This document shows positions 8,474-20,295 of a stretch of DNA of 64,000 bases, in pieces. Position 1 is the stretch's first letter. Each line of letters opens with the position of its first letter. This stretch comes from Tubiluchus corallicola (lineage: Eukaryota; Animalia; Priapulida), in assembly GCA_030141605.1 (NCBI GenBank), contig JAQGDQ010002391.1, positions 1 through 64,000 on the forward strand, given 5' to 3'. The notes under the pieces were generated by a model. The model did no database searches. It was not told where the DNA came from and saw only the letters and a program-made list of their open reading frames with translations. Made by a program: the position numbers and the translations under genes.

Positions 8474-9904
8474 TTATTCAATTATTTCGAAAAAACCACG
8501 TATTAATTTTTCTGCCCCATCTTCCTCATATATAAAATTGTAATAATAAATTCCCACATGTAATGTAGAAATATCTAGATCATCAAAATAATTCTTTTTT
8601 TCATAAACTTTTCTTCCCACTTTAGTAAAACAAACAAATGTATTTGGAACATCTTTATACTTGTAAGGTATAATATAACTTGTAGTATAAGAAGACAAAG
8701 ATACTAAGTTAGGAAATTCATCAGTCTCTATTTCTTCAACCAATTTGGCAAGTGCATAAAAACCTAAATGATTCAACTCGGTTTTTTTGGCAAAACCACT
8801 GGAAGTAAGTCTACCTTCTTCACCTTTATTAGGCAAAATACCATCTTCTACTACCCAATTATCTGTTTCATAAGATATATTAGCCAATGCAAACTCATTA
8901 TCTTGTAGAGGCATAGTAGCACCGTTGTTATCTGGTAAAACAAAATTATCATATACATAGGTTGAAATATCAAAATTTTTGTTCTCTCCAAACTCCGCAT
9001 TCTCAGCACCAACTAGCCATCCTCCTTGATTACTCACCCCCTTATACCTTATTCCAGCACCAACCACATACTCGTTAATTTCGTAATCCACACTGGTAAG
9101 ATTTTCAGGATTTAAGCCTTTTTCATTAATATAATCAATTGTTGTAGGGATGAATTTTACACTAAATACCAAGTTGTCTGATGGATTGCTAGAGTTATAC
9201 TTTATACGAACAGGAACGCTAGTTCTATTTGTAATATCATCATTGAATGCGTTCTCAAGAGCACTCCCTACGGGGAAATAATAATCTTGACCTGCAGTAA
9301 TGGTTCGTTTCAACTCACCCACAATAAATACTTTTAAATCTCTATTATTTATATTATCTTCAATAGAAGAAGAAGCTATTTGTATTGCATTCACATCAGA
9401 ATTACTCACAAAAATATAATTATCATTATCATTATTATCAAGATAAATCTGCCCCTTTACAATATCCAAAGTATTTTTCACTTCTAAATTACCCTGTACT
9501 ACTCTTATTTGGTTATCAGTGTCAACCTTTAAATTACTAAAAGAAGTAAGAGCCGCTGAGCTTATTAGTATATCACCAGATATTCCTGAAACATCATCAA
9601 CAAAAGAAACCAGTGAGCTTGGTTCACTTTCAACCCCTCCTGCCCCATTACCATCTATAAAAGATGATCTCCTCCCTTCTTCCGAAACAACAGAAAGAGT
9701 GCTATTATCACCCAAAGTAAGTTTGCTTCCATTACCGCTAGCCAATTCAACTGAATTAACTCTCATTTCTACATCAAAAATAGCAAGATTTGTGTCATCA
9801 ATATATAGCAAACCTTCGCCTTTAATGGCAATAAAACCCGTAAAAACTGAAAAAATCAATAGAATAAAACGTTTATATAAGTTACTCTTTTTCATATCTA
9901 ACAT
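8474..9904 (-). CDS. Secreted protein with a divergent type B T9SS C-terminal domain
   Basis: Signal peptide; YYFPVG motif; C-terminal GRKVYEKKNY...GIYYY...IRGFFEII; adjacent to a porP/sprF homolog. Confidence 0.7.
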   Translation of the reverse strand: MLDMKKSNLYKRFILLIFSVFTGFIAIKGEGLLYIDDTNLAIFDVEMRVNSVELASGNGSKLTLGDNSTLSVVSEEGRRSSFIDGNGAGGVESEPSSLVSFVDDVSGISGDILISSAALTSFSNLKVDTDNQIRVVQGNLEVKNTLDIVKGQIYLDNNDNDNYIFVSNSDVNAIQIASSSIEDNINNRDLKVFIVGELKRTITAGQDYYFPVGSALENAFNDDITNRTSVPVRIKYNSSNPSDNLVFSVKFIPTTIDYINEKGLNPENLTSVDYEINEYVVGAGIRYKGVSNQGGWLVGAENAEFGENKNFDISTYVYDNFVLPDNNGATMPLQDNEFALANISYETDNWVVEDGILPNKGEEGRLTSSGFAKKTELNHLGFYALAKLVEEIETDEFPNLVSLSSYTTSYIIPYKYKDVPNTFVCFTKVGRKVYEKKNYFDDLDISTLHVGIYYYNFIYEEDGAEKLIRGFFEIIE

Positions 9905-10130
9905 TATTTTTTGTGTTACTAAAATAAAAAAATAAAACTTTTATACAAAAAAACTCATTTTAATTATCAAGCAACATTAATATTGGTTAAACAATGTTAA
10001 AATAAAATTCTCTCTTTTTTACAAAATATTAATAACACCTTTTGCATAAAAAACATGCTAAGATAATCAATTTAATTTAACTAAGATAGTAAAATTTATT
10101 ATATTATTCAAATTTTTATCATATTAAATT

Positions 10131-11366
10131 TTATGAACCAAAATCATCAAAAGCCACCATTTCATCTGGAACCCCTAAGTCATAAAGCATTTTCGTAACA
10201 GCATCGTTCATCATAGGAGGCCCACATATATAATACTCAATCTCCTCAGGCTCCTCGTGACTACTTAAATAATTGTCCTCAATAACTTGATGTATAAACC
10301 CAGTATAACCTTTCCAATTATCCTCTGGCAATGGTTCTGAAAGAGCTAAATTCCACTTAAAATTAGGAAATTTCTTTGCAATAGCATCAAACTCATCAGC
10401 ATAAAAAACCTCTTTCAAAGAACGAGCACCATACCAAAATGTCACTTTTCTACCTGATTTTAAAGTATGAAACAAGTGAAAAATATGCGAACGCATAGGA
10501 GCCATACCAGCACCACCTCCAATAAACATCATCTCCTTATCAGTATTCTTCAAGAAAAACTCCCCATAAGGACCTGAAACAGTTACTTTATCGCCCGGTT
10601 TCCTAGAAAAAATGTACGAAGAGCAAATACCAGGATTTACATCTTTAAACCCGCCCTTCACTCTATCATAAGGAGGTGTTGCAATACGAATATTTAACAT
10701 CACAATGTTGCCCTCTGCAGGGTGATTTGCCATAGAATAAGCCCTAAAAGTTTCTTCTGAGTTCTTCATTTTCAAATCAAAAATACTCAAATCATCCCAA
10801 TCCTTACGATATTCCTCCTCAACTTCCATATCTTTAAAATCAACTTCTATCTTAGGAACATCAATCTGAATGTACCCCCCAGATTTAAAATCTAAAGTCT
10901 CTCCATCTGGTAACTTAACAACAAACTCCTTAATAAAAGTAGCCACATTCTTATTAGATACCACCGTACAATCCCACTTTTTAATACCCATCACCTCAGG
11001 CTCAACCTCAATATCCATATCTTCCTTCACCTTTACCTGACAAGCTAAACGCCAATCATTTTGCTGCTCTTTTCTTGTAAAATACCCCGTCTCCGTAGGC
11101 AAAATACTTCCTCCTCCCTTCAAAACCTGACACTTACACATAGCACAGGTACCACCACCTCCGCAAGCAGAAGGCAAAAATATCTTCTCATTGCTCAAAA
11201 CCGTCAACAAAGTATTACCAGACTCTACCTCCAACTTCTTTTTACCACCATTAATGGACACGGTCAAAGCTCCAGAAGGAGATAATTTTTTCTTAGCAAA
11301 CAACAAAACACCCACCAAAGCCAAAATAACTCCTAAGAAAACAACAACGCTTGTAAAAATAACCAT
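10131..11366 (-). CDS. nqrF: Na+-translocating NADH:quinone reductase subunit F
   Basis: [14 protein letters not shown] 2Fe-2S motif, [22 protein letters not shown] terminus. Confidence 0.98.
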   Translation of the reverse strand: MVIFTSVVVFLGVILALVGVLLFAKKKLSPSGALTVSINGGKKKLEVESGNTLLTVLSNEKIFLPSACGGGGTCAMCKCQVLKGGGSILPTETGYFTRKEQQNDWRLACQVKVKEDMDIEVEPEVMGIKKWDCTVVSNKNVATFIKEFVVKLPDGETLDFKSGGYIQIDVPKIEVDFKDMEVEEEYRKDWDDLSIFDLKMKNSEETFRAYSMANHPAEGNIVMLNIRIATPPYDRVKGGFKDVNPGICSSYIFSRKPGDKVTVSGPYGEFFLKNTDKEMMFIGGGAGMAPMRSHIFHLFHTLKSGRKVTFWYGARSLKEVFYADEFDAIAKKFPNFKWNLALSEPLPEDNWKGYTGFIHQVIEDNYLSSHEEPEEIEYYICGPPMMNDAVTKMLYDLGVPDEMVAFDDFGS

Positions 11367-11404
11367 AAACCAAGTTACTTAATTAAATCAATACTAACTA
11401 AAAA

Positions 11405-12022
11405 TTAAAGCTTTATACCCATAAAGCTCATAAATGCAATACCCATCAACCCACAAATAATAAAAGTAATTCCCAACCCTCTCAAAGGAGCAGGAACGTT
11501 TGAATACCGTATCTTCTCTCTTATAGCTGCAATGCCTACAATAGCTAACAACCATCCCACACCAGATCCCAAACCAAAAGCCGTTGCCTCTGCCAACGAG
11601 TTATAATCCCTCTCCTGCATAAACAAAGACCCGCCAAGAATAGCACAGTTCACAGCAATCAATGGAAGAAAAATACCTAATGAAGAATATAATGCAGGAA
11701 AAAACTTCTCAACAACCATCTCCACCAGCTGAACCATAGAGGCGATAACAGCAATAAAAATAATAAAACTCAAAAAACTCAAATCCACACCCTCAAAATC
11801 ACTACCCAACCAACTTAAAGCTCCCTCTCTCAACACATAATTATGCAACAAATAATCAACAGGAACAGTTATTGCCAAAACAAAAATAACCGCAATACCC
11901 AAACCTAAAGAAGTATTAACCGTCTTTGAAACAGCCAAATAAGAACACATACCCAAAAAGTATGCAAAAATCATATTGTCAACAAAAATTGACTTAACAA
12001 ATATATTAAATAGACCTTCCAT
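11405..12022 (-). CDS. nqrE: Na+-NQR subunit E
   Basis: [24 protein letters not shown]; operon position. Confidence 0.97.
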   Translation of the reverse strand: MEGLFNIFVKSIFVDNMIFAYFLGMCSYLAVSKTVNTSLGLGIAVIFVLAITVPVDYLLHNYVLREGALSWLGSDFEGVDLSFLSFIIFIAVIASMVQLVEMVVEKFFPALYSSLGIFLPLIAVNCAILGGSLFMQERDYNSLAEATAFGLGSGVGWLLAIVGIAAIREKIRYSNVPAPLRGLGITFIICGLMGIAFMSFMGIKL

Positions 12023-12042
12023 AAACTAACTACTATATATAA

Positions 12043-12675
12043 CTATTTACTTTCTATCAACGTTCTATTTCTACTTCGTTGCACCCAAATAATAACTCCT
12101 ACAGTAATCAAAGCCATAGGAGGCAAAATCATAAAACCATTATTCATATATCCCCAATCGTAAAACGCATCAGGAATTACCTTCACACCCAAAAGACTTC
12201 CCGACCCAAACAACTCTCTGAAAAATGCGACAACAATCAAAACCCAAGCATACCCAAACGCATTACCTATCCCATCCAAAAAAGCTGGAAAAGGCTTATT
12301 CCCCAGTGCAAAAGCCTCCAAACGCCCCATTATAATACAATTGGTAATAATCAACCCCACAAAAACTGACAGCTGCTTACTCACCTCATAAGCAAAAGCC
12401 TTCAACACTAAATCAACCAATATAACCAATGTAGCAATAACCACCAGCTGAACAATAATCCTTATACGTGTAGGAATAGTATTCCTCAAAAGCGAAACAA
12501 CAACATTTGCAATAGACATCACCACCATTACAGAAATAGACATAACAATTGCAGGCTCTAACTTAGCCGTAATAGCCAAAGCAGAACAAATACCCAGCAC
12601 CTGAATAGTAATTGGGTTATCTTTACCCAACGGATTAGTCAACAACTTGCGACTCTTAGCAGACAACAACTCCAT
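12043..12675 (-). CDS. nqrD: Na+-NQR subunit D
   Basis: VLGICSALA, GLIITNCIIMGRLEAFA. Confidence 0.97.
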   Translation of the reverse strand: MELLSAKSRKLLTNPLGKDNPITIQVLGICSALAITAKLEPAIVMSISVMVVMSIANVVVSLLRNTIPTRIRIIVQLVVIATLVILVDLVLKAFAYEVSKQLSVFVGLIITNCIIMGRLEAFALGNKPFPAFLDGIGNAFGYAWVLIVVAFFRELFGSGSLLGVKVIPDAFYDWGYMNNGFMILPPMALITVGVIIWVQRSRNRTLIESK

Positions 12676-12689
12676 ATCTTATACAAAAA

Positions 12690-13385
12690 TTAATTTAAAC
12701 CTTCCAAAAAAGTTTTATAACTCATTAAACAATCCATCAACATATCCTGCACGCCCACACTCGTTATCGTTCCTCCAGATATAGCATCTACAGAATGAAC
12801 ATCATCTCTCCCGCCCTTCACTACAGAAATACCAGTAAAATCACCCTCCTTATTAAAAATATATTTTTCCTCAAACTGCTCTAAAAAGAAATTCTCTGTT
12901 ATCTCTGCCCCTAAGCCGGGAGTTTCGCTCTTATGGTCAAAAGTAACCCCATACACCCTCCTACCATCTTCATTCATAGAAACAAAACCCCAAATAGGTC
13001 CCCACAACCCTTTGCCTCTCACTTCCAAAATATATTTTTTACTACCATCTTCCAGTAAACACTCATAAACAGGAAAAAATCTCTCATCACTAGCCTTTGC
13101 CAACTCCTTATTCAAATTAATGTCAAAAGCCTTTTCGCCCTCCACCTTCTCACCTCTAACGTTAATCACATAACTATCCTTTATATACCTACCAAAACTA
13201 TCCTCTACGTCCTCTTTCTTTATTTCTACTTTCACTGATTGTAAAATAGATTGCATCTTTTCAACTTCAAAATTCTTTACCTGAAAAGGCTTTAAAGTAA
13301 TAGCGGCAACTGACAATAATGATGCCACGAAAACAACTAAGATAGTTGAATAGATAAAAGTATAAGTATTTCCTTGAACATTCAT
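12690..13385 (-). CDS. nqrC: Na+-NQR subunit C
   Basis: GKGLWGPIWG, ETPGLGAEI, FMN attachment motif DAISGGTITS. Confidence 0.97.
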   Translation of the reverse strand: MNVQGNTYTFIYSTILVVFVASLLSVAAITLKPFQVKNFEVEKMQSILQSVKVEIKKEDVEDSFGRYIKDSYVINVRGEKVEGEKAFDINLNKELAKASDERFFPVYECLLEDGSKKYILEVRGKGLWGPIWGFVSMNEDGRRVYGVTFDHKSETPGLGAEITENFFLEQFEEKYIFNKEGDFTGISVVKGGRDDVHSVDAISGGTITSVGVQDMLMDCLMSYKTFLEGLN

Positions 13386-13398
13386 ATCTCAAATATTT

Positions 13399-14586
13399 TT
13401 AAGCCTTAACTCTTTTAAGCCTGCGTTTAATATTAGCCTGCACCACATAATGATCTATCACAGGAGCAAACACATTCATAAATAATATTGCTAGCATAAC
13501 ACCTTCCGGGTAAGCAGGATTAACAACCCTTATTAAAATAGCCAGCAAACCAATCAAAAAACCATAAATATATTTACCCTTTTCCGTTCGTGTAGCAGTA
13601 ACAGGGTCAGTAGCCATAAATACCACCCCAAAAGCAAATCCACCCAAAAGAAGATGTTGCCAAGCAGGTATTTCCATAAAAGGATTCACAGCAAATACAT
13701 TTAGTAGCCAACCCATAAATAACCCACCCAACGTAGCAGATACAATAATCTTATAACTTGCAATACCTGTGAAAATCAAAGTAAATGCACCTAACAGAAT
13801 AGCCAAAGTAGAAGTCTCGCCAATAGAACCGGGTATCCACCCCATAAACATATCAAACCAAGTCAAAGGCTCTCCCAAACCATTTGTAAAAACTAATTGT
13901 CCTCCCTGTTCTACTCCTGCAGCCTGTCCCAATGGAGTAGCACCAGAAAAACCATCTACAATATCTTCTCCCTTGCTCAAACCATTCACCCAAATAGTAT
14001 CGCCAGAAATCTTAGAAGGATAAGCAAAAAACAAAAATGCTCTTGCTATCAATGCAGGATTCATAATATTCATTCCCGTACCGCCAAATACCTCCTTACC
14101 TATCACCACCGCAAATACAGTAGCAATACCCACCATCCACAAAGGAATATCAACAGGCACAATGAGAGGTATAAGCATACCCGACACTAAAAAACCCTCG
14201 TTTACTTCGTGACCTCGCAATTGGGCAAAAACAAACTCAGCAGCTAAACCACTTATATAAGAAACTGCAACAATAGGTATTACTCGTATCGCACCATAAA
14301 AGAAAGTTTCCCAAAAAGTAGCCTCTACACCCACAGCTAAAAAATGCTGATAGCCCACATTCCACATCCCAAACAAAAGAGCAGGAATCAAAGCCTTCAC
14401 TACAATAATCATAGTCCTTTTAAGGTCTATCGCATCGTGTATATGAGTGCCTGATTGAGAAGTTTTATTAGGAACATACAAAAAAGTCTCTATTGCATCA
14501 AAAGTAGAATGTAACTTGCTAAATTTCCCCCCCTTTTCAAAATTAGGTTTTATCTTATCTAAATAATTCCTTAAAAATTTCATCAA
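13399..14586 (-). CDS. nqrB: Na+-NQR subunit B
   Basis: KEVFGGTGMN, FMN attachment motif SGATPL, FMATDPV. Confidence 0.97.
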   Translation of the reverse strand: MMKFLRNYLDKIKPNFEKGGKFSKLHSTFDAIETFLYVPNKTSQSGTHIHDAIDLKRTMIIVVKALIPALLFGMWNVGYQHFLAVGVEATFWETFFYGAIRVIPIVAVSYISGLAAEFVFAQLRGHEVNEGFLVSGMLIPLIVPVDIPLWMVGIATVFAVVIGKEVFGGTGMNIMNPALIARAFLFFAYPSKISGDTIWVNGLSKGEDIVDGFSGATPLGQAAGVEQGGQLVFTNGLGEPLTWFDMFMGWIPGSIGETSTLAILLGAFTLIFTGIASYKIIVSATLGGLFMGWLLNVFAVNPFMEIPAWQHLLLGGFAFGVVFMATDPVTATRTEKGKYIYGFLIGLLAILIRVVNPAYPEGVMLAILFMNVFAPVIDHYVVQANIKRRLKRVKA

Positions 14587-14629
14587 TTACTTATTATAGT
14601 TTTTAACACTTGTCTATTTTATAAAAAAC

Positions 14630-15979
14630 TTAGCTCAACTCCTTTATCATCAAATCAAAACCACCTCTTAATATCTTTTGCACTTCTATTTTTGACGTAC
14701 AAACATACTCACACAGTGCCAAATCCTCCTCTACAACTTCATATATTCCCAGTTTCTCCATCAAATCAACATCTTCTACCAATACAGCTTTTACTAACTG
14801 TTCGGGTAACAAATCCATTGGTAATACCTTATCATACTGTCCCGACACCACAAAAGCTCTTTCTCCACCATTTAAATTAGCATTCGAGCGAAATTTTTTC
14901 TTTGGCAAAAATTTAGATGCAAATGTTCTTGATGCACTAAACTTATTCACTCCCAAAGAAGCCCAACCAAATAGCTCATAGTCATCACCTTCGGGAATTA
15001 CGGTAATCTGTGTGTCATAAAAACCAATATATCCTTTTTCAGAAGTCTTTTTTCCCGTCAGCACATTACCACTAATGTATCTTAAACTTTCCCCCTCCTT
15101 TACGCTACCACTCAACATATCCTTAATAGATGCACCTACCAATGTTTTACAATAAGCAGGCTCTTTCACCTCCGAACCACAAAGGCATACTACCCTTGAA
15201 GCATCATAAATACCTTCGTTAAATAATTTTCCTATCATAACAATATCCTGTGGCTTCAATGTCCACACCACCTCGCCCTTGTTAATAGGAGAAATATGAT
15301 GTATTTGCACCCCCACGTTACCTGCTGGATGAGGTCCTGAAAATTCATAAACATTCCCACCCACATTTCTAAAAATAGAACTGTATTTACTATCCTTAGA
15401 AACTCCTATATTTATTTCATTAGCTAATTTTGAAATAGCCTTCATACCTGCCCTGAATACTGTTTCATTATCCTTCAATGCAAACTCGTTGTCTATTGCC
15501 AAAGGAGATGAATCAAATGAAGATATGAATATAGCCTTAGGAGTATCCTTAGGATTAGCTATTATATTATAAGGTCTCTGAACAATAAGAGGCCAGATAC
15601 CTGCTTCTAAAAGACTTTGAATAACTTTTTCCCTCGAAAGTTCTTTAATATCTTGTTTTTCAAATTTTTTATAGACTATTTCCTTATCTCGCTCTACTAC
15701 AACCTCCAATATCTTTCTTCTTTCACCCCTATTTACAGCCTTTACTTCTCCACTTACAGGAGAATTAAAGACAATCTCAGGGGTTTTTTTATCAAAAAAT
15801 AAGGTGTCCCCTGCCTTTACTTTATCACCAACTTTTACTTTCAACTTAGGAGTAACATTGTAAAAATCCGTTGGCTTCAATGCAAAGATATTAGGTAAAT
15901 CCTGCGTAACAAACTGCTTCTTAGCTTCCCCTTTCAACGGAATATTTAATCCCTTTTTTATCTTTATCGTCCCACTCAT
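14630..15979 (-). CDS. nqrA: Na+-NQR subunit A
   Basis: IKKGLNIPLKG, GPHPAGNVG, EEDLALCEYVCTSK. Confidence 0.97.
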   Translation of the reverse strand: MSGTIKIKKGLNIPLKGEAKKQFVTQDLPNIFALKPTDFYNVTPKLKVKVGDKVKAGDTLFFDKKTPEIVFNSPVSGEVKAVNRGERRKILEVVVERDKEIVYKKFEKQDIKELSREKVIQSLLEAGIWPLIVQRPYNIIANPKDTPKAIFISSFDSSPLAIDNEFALKDNETVFRAGMKAISKLANEINIGVSKDSKYSSIFRNVGGNVYEFSGPHPAGNVGVQIHHISPINKGEVVWTLKPQDIVMIGKLFNEGIYDASRVVCLCGSEVKEPAYCKTLVGASIKDMLSGSVKEGESLRYISGNVLTGKKTSEKGYIGFYDTQITVIPEGDDYELFGWASLGVNKFSASRTFASKFLPKKKFRSNANLNGGERAFVVSGQYDKVLPMDLLPEQLVKAVLVEDVDLMEKLGIYEVVEEDLALCEYVCTSKIEVQKILRGGFDLMIKELS

Positions 15980-16013
15980 ATAAAATAGTCTTGTTATTTG
16001 CGAAATAATCTTG

Positions 16014-16021
16014 CAAAATTA
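16014..16021 (-). promoter_or_regulatory. -7 promoter element of the nqr operon
   Basis: TAATTTTG on the minus strand, ~35 nt upstream of the nqrA ATG. Confidence 0.5.
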
Positions 16022-16317
16022 AATAAAAAAAATCAATAAACCTACATTTATTTTGCCTAAAAACTAACAATCGAAACCTTACAATACTGCAAAAAAACAT
16101 ACAATAAAAACAAGGTAATTATATGTAATTTTACACCAATTTAATAATATAAGCAGATTATTTTTTTCTTAACATTTCCTGCAATCATCACCAAAGCATA
16201 AAAAAACGAAAAAGGCTGCTAAAATTTAAAGATATAATATAAATTTCTATTAAAATTACCTTAAAAAAGACGATAAAAATCAGAAAAATTGTAGCTTTAA
16301 CAAAAAAATAAATAAAA

Positions 16318-17589
16318 ATGAAAAATAAATTACGCAATATTATCTTTTTTACCCTTTATTTACTTACATCCTATAATTTATTTTCACAAGAAATAAACCT
16401 AAAATCTATACTCCTTCACAAAAAAAATGACCCCCTATCCTACCCTATTATCAGTCTCAACTCAGGAGAAAGATTAGAACTTTACTTTGATGACCTCGCA
16501 GAAGACCTCAACTACTACTACTATACCATAGAGCATTGCAATGCCAACTGGCAACCTTCTGGTCTCAATTTTAATGAATATGCTGATGGTTTCACTGATA
16601 ATGAAATTATAAATTACGAATATTCTACAAATACCTATACATCTTATATACATTACAAGATAGAACTACCTAATGAAGAGCTTAAAATAACATATTCAGG
16701 CAATTACATTATCAAAGTCTATGAAGAAAACAAAAGAGATAGCCCCCTTTTTGAAAGAAGGTTTTCAGTAGTAGAAAACTTTTGTAACACAGATGCCAAA
16801 GTAAGTTTCGATACAAAAAATAGCAATATGACCAATATGCAAGCTATCTTTTTTACTTTGTTTTTTAACGAGAACTTACTCATAAACCCACAAAGCTACT
16901 TATCTGTTCATATTAACCAAAACAACGACTGGAATACTACTATTAAAAATGTAAAACCTACTTTCTTCTTTGAAGGAAAATGGATTTACGACATCAACAG
17001 CAACACTGAATTTGAAGCATTGAATGAATACAGAAACTTTAATTTAAGAAGTTTTAGATATACAGGGATAAGTTTTAAACACATACACAAAGAAAAAGAT
17101 AAATACATTGCTGAACTAAGAGATGATCAACTTAGAGGAGGTAAATTACACGCTGTGAGTTTTGATATAAACGGCAGATACTTTATTCAGTACGAGGATG
17201 AAGAATACAAACATACAGAATCTGATTATGGTTTCATAAAATTCACATTACCAATGGAAGACCCGATACTTACTGGAAAAATATATCTATACGGTGCTTT
17301 AACAAATTATGAAATGAACGAAAACAACATAATGAAATACAACCCTCAAAAGGCAGCTTATGAAAAAACCTTATTCCTCAAAAATGGATTTTATGATTAC
17401 CGTTATGTATTGGATAGAGGAGGATTTATAGATAACTCTACCATAGAAGGAAGCTTCTACCAAACAGAAAACGACTATCTTATTTACGTATACTATAAGG
17501 ATATTTTAAATAGATACGACCGACTTGTAGGCTTTGATATAGTAAATAGTACAGGTAAATTACAAGAATACAACATCCTCAATGATTAA
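16318..17589 (+). CDS. DUF5103 family protein (T9SS plug-like)
   Basis: YTIEHCNANWQPS, SGNYIIKVY, LKNGFYDYRY, EGSFYQTENDY, YDRLVG. Confidence 0.85.
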   Translation: MKNKLRNIIFFTLYLLTSYNLFSQEINLKSILLHKKNDPLSYPIISLNSGERLELYFDDLAEDLNYYYYTIEHCNANWQPSGLNFNEYADGFTDNEIINYEYSTNTYTSYIHYKIELPNEELKITYSGNYIIKVYEENKRDSPLFERRFSVVENFCNTDAKVSFDTKNSNMTNMQAIFFTLFFNENLLINPQSYLSVHINQNNDWNTTIKNVKPTFFFEGKWIYDINSNTEFEALNEYRNFNLRSFRYTGISFKHIHKEKDKYIAELRDDQLRGGKLHAVSFDINGRYFIQYEDEEYKHTESDYGFIKFTLPMEDPILTGKIYLYGALTNYEMNENNIMKYNPQKAAYEKTLFLKNGFYDYRYVLDRGGFIDNSTIEGSFYQTENDYLIYVYYKDILNRYDRLVGFDIVNSTGKLQEYNILND

Positions 17590-18497
17590 TAGCTACTATT
17601 ATACTCTTCTCTAAATTTTAAAGCCAGTTCTTCTATTTCTTGCAAATAATTATCAGATATTTCAACAAAAAAGTTTTCTTTGATGATTTTATCTCCAACT
17701 TCTTTACCCGCCGCAACCGACACTTTTGCCCGCTTATTCTCCAGAGTAGCAAGCACTGCCAAAGGAAACCTGCACCCTGCCTCCATTACCTTCATAAACA
17801 TTCGCTCTATGTTTGCAGCCACCTCTGTTTCCGTATGATTTACCATCCTTACAACATTTACAGATTCTTTGTCGTTCTCTCTACACTCTATCCCAATAAT
17901 CCCCTGCCCCACAGCAGGTAGCACTTGATTATCTTTCAACACTCTACCCATCTCAAAATTACGCCCTATTCTCTTTAAGCCTGCCGCCGCCAATATAATA
18001 GCATCATACTCACCTTGTTCCATCTTTTTCAATCGTGTATCTATATTGCCTCTTATATCTTTAAAAACAATATCAGGACGCAACTTTGCCAGTTGTACCG
18101 TCCTTCGTGGTGCTCCTGTACCACATACAAACCCTTCTGGCATATCCAAAATGTTTTTGCCCTCCTTAGAAATAAATACGTCAAATGGAACTTCTCTTTT
18201 AGGAAAAGAATATAGTCCTAAACCTTGTGGTATATCATTAGGAACATCTTTTAAACTATGTACTGCAATATCGGCCTCACCTTTCAAAAGAGCTGTTTCT
18301 AATTCTTTTACAAATACTCCCACAGAAGAAAATGAGGTCAAAGCACTACTTTGATTTTTATCCCCTTGCGTTTTATATTTTATAATCTCAAATTCAAACT
18401 CTGGATTATGCTTCTTTAAGAGATTTACAGTTTGTTTTGTCTGCGTATAGGCTAAAAGGCTAGATCTAGTAGCAACTTTTATCTTTCTATTTGGCAT
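17586..18497 (-). CDS. hemC: Hydroxymethylbilane synthase
   Basis: ATRSSLLA..Q, FVKELE, AVHSLKDVP, IRGNIDTRL, cofactor Cys in AGCRFP. Confidence 0.95.
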   Translation of the reverse strand: MPNRKIKVATRSSLLAYTQTKQTVNLLKKHNPEFEFEIIKYKTQGDKNQSSALTSFSSVGVFVKELETALLKGEADIAVHSLKDVPNDIPQGLGLYSFPKREVPFDVFISKEGKNILDMPEGFVCGTGAPRRTVQLAKLRPDIVFKDIRGNIDTRLKKMEQGEYDAIILAAAGLKRIGRNFEMGRVLKDNQVLPAVGQGIIGIECRENDKESVNVVRMVNHTETEVAANIERMFMKVMEAGCRFPLAVLATLENKRAKVSVAAGKEVGDKIIKENFFVEISDNYLQEIEELALKFREEYNSSY

Positions 18498-18511
18498 ACT
18501 TGTCGTTTGTT

Positions 18512-20041
18512 CTAAGTAGCATAGTTAGTAGACCTAGTCTCTCTGATAACAGTTATTTTCACCTGTCCCGGATAGGTCATTTCATTTTGTATCTTGTTGG
18601 CTATTTCATACGACAACTTATTGATATCTTTATCAGAAACTTCTTCACTTCCTACAATAACCCTCAATTCCCTACCAGCTTGTATTGCATAAGTTTTTAA
18701 TACTCCCGGATAAGACAATGCTAAGGATTCTAACGCCTTTAACCTTTTAATGTATGATTCTGCTATTTCTCTTCTAGCACCAGGCCTCGCTCCAGATATA
18801 GCATCACAAACCAAAACAACTGGAGAGATTAGCGAGGTCATTTCAATTTCTTCGTGATGCGCCCCAATAGCATTGCATACCTCTGGTTTTTCTCTGTACT
18901 TTTCTGCCAATTTCATTCCCGCGATAGCATGCGGTTGTTCTGTATCTTCATCCGCTACTTTACCAATATCGTGCAGCAGTCCAGCTCTTTTTGCCAATTG
19001 TGGACTTAGTCCTAACTCAGAAGCCATTACTGCACACAGGTTGGCTGTTTCTCGCGAATGTTGTAAAAGATTTTGCCCATAAGAAGAACGGAATTTCATT
19101 TTCCCTACCAGTCGCATCATATCCGAACGCATACCGTGAACACCTAAGTCTATTGCTGTCTTCTTCCCCGTTTCCAAAATCTCGTCTTCTATTTTCTTGG
19201 TTATCTTTTCTACTACTTCTTCGATTCTTGCAGGATGTATTCTTCCATCCGACACTAACTGGTGCAAAGACAAACGAGCTATTTCGCGCCTCATTGGATC
19301 AAAAGCAGATAATAATATAGCCTCTGGAGTATCATCCACTATAAACTGTACTCCTGTAGCAGCTTCTAATGCCCGGATATTTCTACCCTCTCTCCCTATT
19401 ATTCTTCCCTTCATCTCATCCGATTCTATGTTGAAAACACTTACACTATTTTCCAGAGCTATTTCAGTGCCTAGCCTTTGTATGGATTTCACTATTACCT
19501 TAGTAGCTTCTTTTTTAGCATTAAGTTTAGCCTCCTCTATCATTTCGTTCACATAAGCCATTGCATCTGTTTGAGCTTTATCCTTTAAAGATTCCATCAA
19601 CTTTTCTTTGGCTTCTTTAGCAGAAAAGCCTGATGCTACCTCCAACTGTTTTACCACTTGTTCTTGCATTTTATCGAACTCTTTGTTTCTTTCCGCCAAA
19701 TGTTCTAACTTATTTTTCAAATCTTTTTTCAATATCTCCAACCGTTTACTATCCTTATGATAATCTTCTATTCTCCGAGAAAGATTTGATTCTTTTTGTT
19801 GAAATTTTGTAATAGATTCAGACAGTCTGGCTTTTCTTTCGCTGATATATTTTTCATGGTCAGATTTCAATTGCAGCAACTTTTCTTTAGCTTGAAGTAA
19901 TTTTTCCTTTTTTATCCTCTCGCCTTCTTCTTTCATCGAGTTTATGTGCATTTTCTTCTTATTTTTTGCCAAAAAAGATGAGAAGAAAATACCAGTAGCA
20001 AATGTTAATATCGCTATCAATATGTATATAATAATATCCAT
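18512..20041 (-). CDS. rny: Ribonuclease Y
   Basis: N-terminal TM helix, coiled coil, KH motif [15 protein letters not shown] motif AGLLHDIGK. Confidence 0.97.
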   Translation of the reverse strand: MDIIIYILIAILTFATGIFFSSFLAKNKKKMHINSMKEEGERIKKEKLLQAKEKLLQLKSDHEKYISERKARLSESITKFQQKESNLSRRIEDYHKDSKRLEILKKDLKNKLEHLAERNKEFDKMQEQVVKQLEVASGFSAKEAKEKLMESLKDKAQTDAMAYVNEMIEEAKLNAKKEATKVIVKSIQRLGTEIALENSVSVFNIESDEMKGRIIGREGRNIRALEAATGVQFIVDDTPEAILLSAFDPMRREIARLSLHQLVSDGRIHPARIEEVVEKITKKIEDEILETGKKTAIDLGVHGMRSDMMRLVGKMKFRSSYGQNLLQHSRETANLCAVMASELGLSPQLAKRAGLLHDIGKVADEDTEQPHAIAGMKLAEKYREKPEVCNAIGAHHEEIEMTSLISPVVLVCDAISGARPGARREIAESYIKRLKALESLALSYPGVLKTYAIQAGRELRVIVGSEEVSDKDINKLSYEIANKIQNEMTYPGQVKITVIRETRSTNYAT

Positions 20042-20081
20042 TACTATTTTTTGTGTTAAATATTTCTAAGTATTAAAAAAA

Positions 20082-20270
20082 ACCCGCAATTATTTCCAAA
20101 AGTTAAAAACTCCAAATGGAATTTATGAAGCCTCCTTTTGTTTTCGAGTTTCCTTGGGTTTAAAAAAACATCCTATTTTGCAATAGGATTAAGGCCTGCT
20201 CTAGAACAAAAGAGAAAATCTTCAATTTAATTAGTGTTGAGTTTTCAACATTTATAGAAACAATGCGGGT
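20082..20270 (-). ncRNA. ssrS: 6S RNA
   Basis: ~190 nt rod: closing acccgca/tgcgggt, internal cttttgtt/aacaaaag, apical atcctatt-ttgc-aataggat; lies just downstream of zapA, the usual 6S context. Confidence 0.8.
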
Positions 20271-20295
20271 ATATTTCTGTATATGTATCCTTAAA

